Both the position numbers and the translations under genes were made by a program. Source: a candidate division WOR-3 bacterium (GTDB taxonomy: Bacteria; Hydrothermota; Tepidihabitantia; Tepidihabitantales; Tepidihabitantaceae). Taken from it: a stretch of 27,698 nt of DNA. Under the pieces are notes generated by a model. It worked only from the letters and a program-made list of their open reading frames with translations. It was not told the DNA's origin and made no database searches. Within the stretch, counting starts at the first letter, position 1. Each line of letters begins with the position of its first letter. Shown in pieces: positions 1 to 9,075 of this stretch. The stretch is from the NCBI GenBank assembly GCA_965648935.1, contig CBFGIY010000028.1, forward strand, positions 1 to 27,698. The letters run 5' to 3'.

Positions 1-1
1 C

Positions 2-694
2 GTCAGCACGCTGCTCGCGGCGCGGGTGCTTGAGGTGCGCTGCGAGGAAGGCGCGGCCGTGGACACCGGCGACACGCTCGTGCTGCTCGACCCGACCGAC
101 TACCGTTCGGCCCTGCTCGCGGCCGAGGCCGCGGCATCGGCGGCCCGCTCGCGCAGCACGCTCGCCCGGACGACGCTGCGGCGGCTGGCCGCGCTCGAGG
201 GGTCGGGCGGCATCAGCGCGGGCGAGCTTGACCGGGCCAGGGCCGAGGCAGCCGCGGCAGAGGACGCTCTGGCCGCGGCCGAGGCGCAGGCCGCCATTGC
301 CCGCCAGCGGGTGAGCGACTGCGCGATCCTCGCGCCGGTGCCGGGCGTGGTGGCAACCGTGGTGTTCCGGCCCGGCGAGACCGCTTACCCGGGCGCGACG
401 CTTCTGACGATTGTTCAACTGGAGAAGGTCTGGCTGACGGTCTACCTGCCTGAGCCGCTGCTCGGCCGCGTGCGCCTCGGCGACTCGGCTGCGGTCATGC
501 TTGGCTCGCACCGGGGCGGCGCGCTCCGGGGCCGCGTGGCGTTCATCAGCGACCGGGCCGAGTACACGCCGCGCGACATCCCGACGCGCGAGGAGCGCGT
601 GAACCAGGTTTATCGCACGAAGATCGAGCTGGACAACCCGGACGGCGCGCTCAAGCCGGGGATGCCGGCCGACGTCCGGCTCACGCTGCACTAG
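2..694 (+). CDS. HlyD/efflux periplasmic adaptor subunit, 5'-truncated by window edge
   Basis: Frame open from base 2. Lipoyl-like halves (EEGAAVDTGDTLVLLD; ILAPVPGVV) flank an Ala-rich coiled coil; C-terminal AEYTP...VY..KI...LKPGMPADV is typical of ABC-associated adaptors. Confidence 0.88.
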   Translation, partial: VSTLLAARVLEVRCEEGAAVDTGDTLVLLDPTDYRSALLAAEAAASAARSRSTLARTTLRRLAALEGSGGISAGELDRARAEAAAAEDALAAAEAQAAIARQRVSDCAILAPVPGVVATVVFRPGETAYPGATLLTIVQLEKVWLTVYLPEPLLGRVRLGDSAAVMLGSHRGGALRGRVAFISDRAEYTPRDIPTREERVNQVYRTKIELDNPDGALKPGMPADVRLTLH

Positions 695-723
695 TCCGCG
701 ACAACCGCCGCGCCGCAGCGCGG

Positions 724-761
724 AAAAAAGAGAGCGGCTGACGGCCGCAGCCGTCAGCCGC
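724..761 (-). terminator. Intrinsic terminator of the SWIB-like gene
   Basis: Perfect 12-bp stem gcggctgacggc (734-745)/gccgtcagccgc (750-761), 4-nt loop, followed on the minus strand by tctctttttt. Confidence 0.85.
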
Positions 762-780
762 AGTGCAGAATCGGACGCGC

Positions 781-1062
781 CTAGCGGAGCCCCTTGGCGT
801 CGATGTACGCCCAGAGCCGCTTGGAGATCTCGCTGATCTTGATCGCCTTGGTCTTGCCGAATATCGGCTGAACCTCGGCCGGGACGTCGATGGTCCGCTT
901 CATCAGCGGGCCGGTGCCCTTCATCAGCTTGTGGGCCTTGATGTACGCCCACACGCCCTTGGTCAGGTCGGTCGCGGTGACTTGCTTCTTCTTGCCGTAG
1001 ATCACCGCCATGTTGTCATCGACCTTGATGACAATCTTCTTCAGAGCTGAGCCTTTCGGCAT
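781..1062 (-). CDS. Small basic SWIB/MDM2-like protein with two tandem repeats (93 aa)
   Basis: Two repeats of I(Y/F)GK...(L/I)xKx(V/L)WAYI...L, resembling SWIB xEVxKxLWxYIKxxxL. SD AAAGGAGG at 1074-1067, own promoter and terminator. Confidence 0.82.
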   Translation of the reverse strand: MPKGSALKKIVIKVDDNMAVIYGKKKQVTATDLTKGVWAYIKAHKLMKGTGPLMKRTIDVPAEVQPIFGKTKAIKISEISKRLWAYIDAKGLR

Positions 1063-1110
1063 CTATCCTCCTTTGTCTGTCCGCACTGACTCCTAGTGCG
1101 GCACTGCGGC

Positions 1111-1139
1111 AGAATAGGGCGAGAACCGCCCCTTGTCAA
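1111..1139 (-). promoter_or_regulatory. Sigma70-type promoter of the SWIB-like gene
   Basis: TTGACA (1139-1134), 17 bp, TATTCT (1116-1111). Confidence 0.75.
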
Positions 1140-1191
1140 TGGCCGATTAGTGCGGGAAGGGCCGAGGGGCGCGGCTCGGGCCGCGCGGCAT

Positions 1192-1219
1192 TTGACGTTG
1201 CCGCGGATGGCGCTATCAT
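1192..1219 (+). promoter_or_regulatory. Sigma70-type promoter of fabH
   Basis: TTGACG (1192-1197), 16 bp, TATCAT (1214-1219). Confidence 0.65.
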
Positions 1220-1252
1220 CAGCGCATTGAATTCGCCCAGAAAGCCTGACTG

Positions 1253-2236
1253 ATGCCTTCCTCCATCATCGCCGGCACCGGTTTCGAAGTCCCGCCCCGG
1301 GTGCTCACCAACGCCGACCTCGAGAAGATGGTCGAGACGTCGGACCAGTGGATAACCGAGCGCACCGGGATGAAAGAGCGCCACATCGCCGATACCGGCG
1401 TCGCCGCGTCGCACCTGGCGCTGGGCGCCAGCCGCAAGGCCCTGGAGGAGGCCGGGCTCGACCCGGCCGAGATCGAACTCATCGTCGTGGCGACCGTGAC
1501 CGGCGACATGCCTTTCCCTTCGACCGCCTGCATAGTGCAGGACCGGCTCGGGGCGAAGCGCGCCGCCGCGATGGATGTCGCCGCCGGCTGCACCGGCTCG
1601 ATCTACGCGCTCTCGGTCGCCAACCAGTACCTGATGAGCGGCCGCTACCGCAACGCGCTGGTGGTCGGGGTCGAGGTGCTATCGCGCATCACCGACTGGA
1701 CCGACCGCTCGACCTGCGTGCTGTTCGGCGACGCGGCCGGCGCGGTCGTGCTGCGCCGCGTCGAGGAAGACGGCAAGGGCATCATCGCCGACTACCTTGC
1801 CGCGGACGGCTCGCGCGGGCCGGACCTCTACATGCCCGGCGGCGGCTCGCTGGTACCGGCCACGCACGAGTCGGTCGACCGGCGCGAGCATTACCTGAAG
1901 ATGAACGGCAACGCGATTTTCAAGGTCGCGGTGCGCAGCATGGCCGACGCGCTCAAGCGCATCTGCGCGTCCGCCGGCGTCAGGCTCGCCGACCTCAAGC
2001 TTGTCGTGCCGCATCAGGCCAACCTGCGCATCATCGAGGCGGTGGGCAAGCTGCTCGGCCTGCCTGACGAGAAGGTGTTCGTCAACATCCAGAAGTACGG
2101 CAACACCTCCTCGGCCAGCACGCTGGTCGCGCTCGACGAGGCGCGCCGCGCCGGGCTGGTCGGCCCGGGCGACCTGGTCGCGCTGGTCGCGTTCGGCGCC
2201 GGCCTCACCTGGGGCGGCGTTCTGATTCGTTTCTAG
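1253..2236 (+). CDS. fabH: Beta-ketoacyl-ACP synthase III
   Basis: ETSDQWITERTG, catalytic AAGCTG, LFGDAAGA, PHQAN, YGNTSSAS, FGAGLTWG. Confidence 0.96.
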   Translation: MPSSIIAGTGFEVPPRVLTNADLEKMVETSDQWITERTGMKERHIADTGVAASHLALGASRKALEEAGLDPAEIELIVVATVTGDMPFPSTACIVQDRLGAKRAAAMDVAAGCTGSIYALSVANQYLMSGRYRNALVVGVEVLSRITDWTDRSTCVLFGDAAGAVVLRRVEEDGKGIIADYLAADGSRGPDLYMPGGGSLVPATHESVDRREHYLKMNGNAIFKVAVRSMADALKRICASAGVRLADLKLVVPHQANLRIIEAVGKLLGLPDEKVFVNIQKYGNTSSASTLVALDEARRAGLVGPGDLVALVAFGAGLTWGGVLIRF

Positions 2237-2303
2237 TCGGAAAACCGGTTGTCCGGCGCGGGCCGCTGGTGCGGCACGGTGCGGCCGCCTCGCGCCGGCC
2301 GGG

Positions 2304-2771
2304 TCAGGGCTTGAGCCGGTCGGCGAAGGCGCGGGCCTCGGCCTTGAGCATCTCGGGGTCCTCGGCCTGGGTCGGTATCTCGCCGAACGCGAACACCCGG
2401 CCCCGGCAGTGGCCGATGAGCTGGCAGACTTTCTCCTGCGCGCGCTGGGTCGGTCCGCCGCGGGTCGAGAAGCAGACGGCCAGGCGCTTGCCGCCGAGGT
2501 CGGCGCGCTTGAGAAACTCGCGCGCGGGCGGCGCCGGTTTCCACGCCCATATCGGCGTGCACAGCACCACCGGGTCGTACGCGCTCACGTCATAGTCAAT
2601 CGGCAGGATGCGCATCGGGATGTTGAAGTACGAGCAGGCACCCATCACGGGGTAGGACGGCTGGCGCGGTGTCTGGATGCGGCGCAGGTCCGCCCCCAGC
2701 TCGCGCGCGATGGTTTCGGCGATTGTGATGTTGTGGCCGAACCGGGTGTAGAAGACGACCAGCGGTTTCAT
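2304..2771 (-). CDS. Flavodoxin-like protein (155 aa; start moved from ORF-track 3071 to ATG 2771)
   Basis: MKPLVVFYTRFGHN FMN-phosphate-loop-like start, YDPVVLCTPIWA, LGGKRLAVCFST. Promoter immediately upstream of ATG 2771. Confidence 0.85.
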   Translation of the reverse strand: MKPLVVFYTRFGHNITIAETIARELGADLRRIQTPRQPSYPVMGACSYFNIPMRILPIDYDVSAYDPVVLCTPIWAWKPAPPAREFLKRADLGGKRLAVCFSTRGGPTQRAQEKVCQLIGHCRGRVFAFGEIPTQAEDPEMLKAEARAFADRLKP

Positions 2772-2777
2772 CGGCCG

Positions 2778-2806
2778 ATTATGCGCGCGCCACGACAGCC
2801 GGTCAA
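2778..2806 (-). promoter_or_regulatory. Sigma70-type promoter of the flavodoxin-like gene, probably leaderless
   Basis: TTGACC (2806-2801), 17 bp, CATAAT (2783-2778), 6 nt, ATG; no SD. Confidence 0.7.
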
Positions 2807-3294
2807 GACGATTGTCCCGTGTCCGCAAAGGCGCGAGCCCGCGGATTGAAGCCCGGGCCGGCCGGGGCAGGGTGCGGAGCCTGAGCGACAACTTACGAGA
2901 TACCGGATGAATCGATGGCTGCCGGAATCTGACAGAAGTTAGTGTTTGCGTTGGACCGGAACGAGGATGGGGGAGCCGTTCCCCCGGCGGTCTGCCGCGG
3001 GGCAGCCGATGCGGGCCAAGTCGCCGCAGGTCAATGGGCTGGCCGGACCGGCGCGAGAACCGGGCTTTCAAGCGGCCGCAAGTTCGCTGACAAAACTTCT
3101 TGCACCGAGAAATGCATTGCCGGGGCTGGATTCGGGCGGCTAAGTGTTTCCGGCAACGGCGAGGGGCAATGCCGCGGGAGAGGGGGTCGGGCAGGCATGG
3201 AAGAAGAGAAACGAGAGTGGAGTCAGATTCTGTGCCTGTTGCCTGAACTGCCGCCGGGACTTCCAGCTTCGCGCCCGGGCAGTTCGCCGCGCGG

Positions 3295-4740
3295 TCAGCC
3301 CAGGTTGAAGGAGACCATCACGATGTCGGTCATCTCTTCGATGGCGAAGCGCGGGCCTTCGCGGCCGATGCCGGAATCGCGCACGCCGCCGTAGGGCTGG
3401 TGGTCGGCGCGGAAAGTGGCCGAATCGTTGATGTGGATTGAGCCGGCGTCGAGCGTTTCGATGGCCCGGAACGCGCGGAGGAGGTCGCGGGTGAACACGC
3501 CGGCGGTGAGGCCGTAGCTGTAGCGGCCGGCACTCGAGCCGGCGTTATAGCGTTCCAGCCCTTCCTCGAATCGGCCGAAGGTCTCGACCGTGACGAGCGG
3601 GGCAAAGGCCTCTTCGCAGACCGCGTCCATCTCGGGCCGGGCGTCGGCGAGGACTGTGGGGTAGAGTATCGTGCCTTCACTGCGGCCGCCGCAGAGCAGG
3701 CGCGCGCCCGCGGCGACTGCCCGCTCGATGAGGGCCTGGGCCGAGGCGAGCGCGGCGCGGTTGATCATCGGGCCGACATCGGTGTCGGGCAGGGCCGGGT
3801 CGTCGCAGATGAGCCGCTCGGCCGCGGCGACGAACCGCTCGGTGAACTCGGCCGCGATTGAGTCCTGCAGGTAGAGCCGCTGGGTGTGGATGCAGACCTG
3901 GCCCGAGTAGGCGAACGCGCCGGCAAGGCAGCGGCTGAGCGCCGTGTCGAGGTCGGCGGTTTCGTCGATGAGCGCGCCGGAGTTGGACCCGAGTTCGAGC
4001 GCGACGCGGCGCAGGCCCGACTCGCGCTTGATTGTCTCGCCGACCTCGGGCGAGCCGGTGAAGGTGACCAGGCGGACGCGCTCGTCGCGGACCAGGGTGA
4101 GGCCGGGGCCGGACCCGGACCCGACGATGACGTTGAGCGCGAGCGGGGGCAGGCCGGCTTCGAGCAGGAGTTCTGCGAGCTTGAGCGCGGTGAGGGGCGT
4201 GGCGCTGGCCGGCTTGAGCACGACCGCGTTGCCGGCGGCGAAGGCCGGGGCAAGCTTGTGGCAGACGAGGTTCAAGGGGAAGTTGAAGGGCGTGATGGCG
4301 GCAATCACGCCGAGTGGCCGGCGGTACCAGAAGCCGCGCCGGTTCTCGCTGCCGCGCGCCGCATCCATCGGCACGGTCTCGCCGTGGATGCGCAGGGTTT
4401 CAGCCGCGGCGAAGCGCAGGGTCTCGGTCGCGCGGGCGACCTCGGCCGCCGCGTAGCGGCGGGGCTTGCCGGCTTCGGCGATTATCGTGGCGGTGAAGCT
4501 CTCGGCGCGTTCTTCGAGCAGGCGGGCCGCGCGCTCAAGGATGTCGCGGCGGGCGTGGGCGGGCAGGCGGGCCATTTCCCGCGCGCCGGCTTCGGCCGCG
4601 CCGACCGCGGCGTCAACCTCGGTGTCGGAGCAGGCCGACACCCGGGCAATCGGCTCTTCGGTGTAGGGGTTGGCAATGGTGATGGCCGACTCGGTGGCGA
4701 CCCACTCGCCGCCGATGAGCAGTCGCTGGAGTTCTGACAC
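3295..4740 (-). CDS. NAD(P)-dependent aldehyde dehydrogenase (GTG start 4740)
   Basis: ITPFNFP, LKPASATP, FTGSPEVG, LELGSNS (catalytic Glu), SGQVC (catalytic Cys), EEAFAP, PYGGVRDSGIGREG. Confidence 0.95.
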   Translation of the reverse strand: MSELQRLLIGGEWVATESAITIANPYTEEPIARVSACSDTEVDAAVGAAEAGAREMARLPAHARRDILERAARLLEERAESFTATIIAEAGKPRRYAAAEVARATETLRFAAAETLRIHGETVPMDAARGSENRRGFWYRRPLGVIAAITPFNFPLNLVCHKLAPAFAAGNAVVLKPASATPLTALKLAELLLEAGLPPLALNVIVGSGSGPGLTLVRDERVRLVTFTGSPEVGETIKRESGLRRVALELGSNSGALIDETADLDTALSRCLAGAFAYSGQVCIHTQRLYLQDSIAAEFTERFVAAAERLICDDPALPDTDVGPMINRAALASAQALIERAVAAGARLLCGGRSEGTILYPTVLADARPEMDAVCEEAFAPLVTVETFGRFEEGLERYNAGSSAGRYSYGLTAGVFTRDLLRAFRAIETLDAGSIHINDSATFRADHQPYGGVRDSGIGREGPRFAIEEMTDIVMVSFNLG

Positions 4741-4748
4741 GCCAGTAC

Positions 4749-4776
4749 AGGATAGCGGCGGCACCGGCGGCGTCAA
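4749..4776 (-). promoter_or_regulatory. Sigma70-type promoter of the aldehyde dehydrogenase, leaderless or nearly so
   Basis: TTGACG (4776-4771), 16 bp, TATCCT (4754-4749), 8 nt, GTG; no SD. Confidence 0.65.
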
Positions 4777-4826
4777 CGGCAGTGCCGGGCCTGCCGCTGT
4801 CGGCGCGGGCCGGAACTATGCCGGAT

Positions 4827-4856
4827 TTGACAGTCTTTCGGGTGGCGGGTTACACT
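4827..4856 (+). promoter_or_regulatory. Sigma70-type promoter for T9SS cargo 1 (about 200-nt leader)
   Basis: TTGACA (4827-4832), 18 bp, TACACT (4851-4856). Confidence 0.65.
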
Positions 4857-5067
4857 CGGGCGTGGCCGCGCGCCTTGGCTGTGGTGTCACTGGAAAGAGT
4901 CATCACGAAACCGTGGTTCGTGGTAGTCTGCGTGACCTGAACCAGACCGGACTGTCGGCCAGACGGTTCTGCTCAGAGCATCTGGTGCGGTTTCTTGTTC
5001 CCGGTGGGGTTTTCGGCAGCCTTGGGCCGAAGCCGGGCCGGCTGCCGTTTTCTGAGGAGGCTGGGTG

Positions 5068-6144
5068 ATGATGTCATGTTTGAAGCCGGGTTTGCTGATT
5101 GGGCTCGTGGTCGGGCTGGCCGCTGCGCTGCCGGTCGAATGCGGCTTTCGGCCGGCCGGCACCGAGATTGTCGAGCTGGCGGGTGCGGTGTCGCGTCACT
5201 ACTCCAACGGCGACGGCACAATCACCGCGGTGATCGCGGCCAGACCGGTTTGGATGCAGCATGGCGATAACTGGGCCGGGGCAGGCGGGGAGGATACCGA
5301 TGTCGCGTTGCCGACATTCGAGTACGAATACGCGACCGGTTATGCCAGTACCGATGGCAGCCAGTATGCCAAGACCGGCGTCGGACTGATAAAAGTTGAG
5401 TGTGAGGTTTCGCTGCAGCCGCCGTCGCGTATCGAGCGGGTGGGCTGGGCGAAGTTCGACCTCGCTTCGCTGCCCGAATCGGTCCACATCACTGGCGTGG
5501 CGCTGGCGCGGGTCATCGCCTACTTCGAGTTGACCATGGGGCTGAGCTACCGGACGCTGACAGCGGACCCGGTCGTAACCAACGCGCAGCCGCTTTATCA
5601 GGCGATTCAGGGCGGGTCGGTATGCTACGATGGAGAACGGGGCCGGCTGTTTGATACCATTGACCTGGGTGCGATCGGGATTCAGCACGTCCAGCAGGCC
5701 TTGAACCGGCACTGGGTGGCTTTCGGGATTGTTGGAACCGGTTATTCGAACATTGTCACCAAGCGGGTCTGGATCATCGGCTGGAACAACCAGCCCCGCT
5801 CGGATTCGCCCTGGCTGCTGGTAACCTACGCGCCGCCGTCGGCGGTCAGAGAACCGAAACCTGCGCGAAGCGCGGTCGGGCTGTCGGTCGTGCCGAACCC
5901 GGTCGCTGATGGTTTCGTACTGCTCAGGACGGAAACCGGCGGCAGATTGAATCCGGAACAGGGGCACGGGCAGGTCAGCGTGCGGCTTTTTGACGCGCTG
6001 GGCCATCAGCTCCTGCAGACGGCGGTGAGCATCGGCAGCACAGCCGACGCGCGGCTGGACCTGCGCAAAATCCCGGCCGGCAGCTACTTTCTAAGTGTTG
6101 AAGCGGCGGGTCAAAAAACAGTGGAGAAACTGGTGATTCGCTGA
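5068..6144 (+). CDS. Secreted protein with DNRLRE-like domain and T9SS type A C-terminal sorting domain
   Basis: SD GAGGAGG 5054-5060; signal-peptide-like N-terminus; WAKFDLASLPESVHITGVAL; C-terminal VVPNP...LFDALGHQL...LDLRKIPAGSYFLSV...VEKLVIR. Confidence 0.8.
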   Translation: MMSCLKPGLLIGLVVGLAAALPVECGFRPAGTEIVELAGAVSRHYSNGDGTITAVIAARPVWMQHGDNWAGAGGEDTDVALPTFEYEYATGYASTDGSQYAKTGVGLIKVECEVSLQPPSRIERVGWAKFDLASLPESVHITGVALARVIAYFELTMGLSYRTLTADPVVTNAQPLYQAIQGGSVCYDGERGRLFDTIDLGAIGIQHVQQALNRHWVAFGIVGTGYSNIVTKRVWIIGWNNQPRSDSPWLLVTYAPPSAVREPKPARSAVGLSVVPNPVADGFVLLRTETGGRLNPEQGHGQVSVRLFDALGHQLLQTAVSIGSTADARLDLRKIPAGSYFLSVEAAGQKTVEKLVIR

Positions 6145-6245
6145 CGGCTGGCCGTAACAGGCCACCGGCAGGTATGAAGGGGCGACAGAGGTTACCCGAC
6201 CGGCCATTGTTGACTGATTGCCTGCATCCGACTGATTTTTGGCGG

Positions 6246-6273
6246 TTGACTCCCCGGATGCAGCTTCTATAAT
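6246..6273 (+). promoter_or_regulatory. Sigma70-type promoter of tRNA-Val
   Basis: TTGACT (6246-6251), 16 bp, TATAAT (6268-6273), GC-rich discriminator. Confidence 0.85.
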
Positions 6274-6284
6274 CAGCGGCCAGA

Positions 6285-6358
6285 GGGCGATTAGCTCAGT
6301 TGGCTAGAGCGCCTCCCTTACAAGGAGGAGGTCATCTGTTCAATTCAGATATCGCCCA
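6285..6358 (+). tRNA. tRNA-Val (anticodon TAC), CCA not encoded
   Basis: Acceptor GGGCGAT/ATCGCCC-A, D-arm GCTC/GAGC, anticodon arm CCTCC-CTTACAA-GGAGG, T-arm ATCTG-TTCAATT-CAGAT. Confidence 0.96.
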
Positions 6359-6618
6359 TCACGCCCAAGTCACCGTAGTTACAGGCTTTAGAGCAAGCAA
6401 ACGCAGGCGGCCGCGCCGCCCCGGGCTGAATCCGAATTGCGCCGGCGTGGTCTAAACGACTGAGGGATTGGGTTGTTGCAGAGCGCTGTCCGGCGCTGAA
6501 CTGGCTGGGCAGAAGAGTGGGCTTGAGTTTCACAGGCACAGCGAATTGAAGACACGACTGCCGGCCCGCTGGCGCCTGTATGCAATGGTAGATTAACTGC
6601 ATTCCGCAAGGAGGAGCA

Positions 6619-6915
6619 ATGAAGGTCAGACCGTTGCAGGACCGCATACTGGTCGAGCGGATCGAAGAGGAAGTGAAGAAGGGCGGCATCATCATCCCGG
6701 ATTCCGCCAAGGAGAAGCCGCAGCAGGGCAAGGTCATCGCCGTGGGCAGCGGCCGCATCGACGATGACGGCAAGCGCATCCCGATGGACGTCAAGAAGGG
6801 CGACATCATCCTGTTCGGCAAGTACTCGGGCAGCGAGATTCGCGTCGGCGACGAGGAGTATCTCATCATGCGCGAGGAGGATGTCCTCGCGATCGTGGAG
6901 AAGGACAGCAAGTAA
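6619..6915 (+). CDS. groES: Co-chaperonin GroES
   Basis: [52 protein letters not shown]. Confidence 0.98.
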   Translation: MKVRPLQDRILVERIEEEVKKGGIIIPDSAKEKPQQGKVIAVGSGRIDDDGKRIPMDVKKGDIILFGKYSGSEIRVGDEEYLIMREEDVLAIVEKDSK

Positions 6916-6927
6916 GGAGGATTGGCA

Positions 6928-8574
<1,647 letters not shown>

Positions 8575-8584
8575 TCCATTTGCA

Positions 8585-8620
8585 GCGGGGCGGGGAGCCA
8601 GTCTCCCCGCCCCGCCTCTT
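8585..8620 (+). terminator. Stem-loop after groEL with weak U-tract, possibly leaky
   Basis: 13-bp stem gcggggcggggag (8585-8597)/ctccccgccccgc (8603-8615), then ctctt. Confidence 0.7.
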
Positions 8621-8630
8621 GACAGCAGCC

Positions 8631-8906
8631 GTGCCGACTTACGAGTACCAGTGCCGGAAGTGCGCTCACCGGTTCAGCGAGTTCCAGCGCATCACCGACC
8701 CGCCCATCAGGAACTGCCCGAAGTGCCGCAAGCGCAACTGCGTCGAGCAGATCATCTCAGGCGGCAGCGGACTGATCTTCAAGGGCTCGGGTTTCTACCT
8801 GACCGACTACAAGAACAAGTCCTCGGGCGAGGCTTCAGCCAAGCCCTCCGAGCCGAAGCCGGCCGAGCCCAAGCCGGCGGGCAGCAAAGATAGCTCCCCG
8901 GACTGA
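8631..8906 (+). CDS. FmdB-family zinc-ribbon protein (GTG 8631)
   Basis: MPTYEYQCRKC...CPKC...IFKGSGFYLTDY plus a low-complexity tail with EPKPA twice. Confidence 0.92.
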   Translation: MPTYEYQCRKCAHRFSEFQRITDPPIRNCPKCRKRNCVEQIISGGSGLIFKGSGFYLTDYKNKSSGEASAKPSEPKPAEPKPAGSKDSSPD

Positions 8907-8925
8907 CGCATTGCCGCCGGTCTGC

Positions 8926-8954
8926 TTGACCGGCGTATCATACTCCAGTATAAT
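8926..8954 (+). promoter_or_regulatory. Sigma70-type promoter for T9SS cargo 2
   Basis: TTGACC (8926-8931), 17 bp, TATAAT (8949-8954). Confidence 0.8.
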
Positions 8955-9075
8955 AATTTAGACAGGCAGACCCGGTCGAACTGGTGAGCGGCCGGGCGCG
9001 GCGTGCCTGCTCGGGCGGCGCGCCGAAGCCTGCGGTTGGCCAGTGAATCAGGAGCCTGACCGAAGGGAGGCTTTG

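Noticed and set aside
2772..3071. ORF-track N-terminal extensions (flavodoxin here; likewise ALDH, FmdB, yebC, 3D, cobB, phosphatase)
   Set aside because: They run through promoters or stem-loops; family motifs and SD or -10 positions support the shorter starts.
2795..3075. Resemblance to RNase P RNA (ccgggc...gggcagggtgc, gatgaat, gacagaa, gagaaccgggctt)
   Set aside because: The near-universal GAGGAAAGTCC and ACAGAAnnCGGCTTA signatures are absent and spacing does not fit; a cmscan with the RNase P model would settle it.
6533..6585. Sigma54-like strings upstream of groES (aggcacagcgaattga; tggcgcctgtatgca)
   Set aside because: Neither has the strict GG-N10-GC spacing.
6359..6618. tRNA-Val as an integration site
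   Set aside because: No integrase, no duplicated tRNA 3' end seen in the window, and groES follows directly.
8848..8878. Tandem 15-nt repeat ccgagccgaagccgg/ccgagcccaagccgg
   Set aside because: Encodes EPKPA twice in a low-complexity tail; not a CRISPR or mobile repeat.
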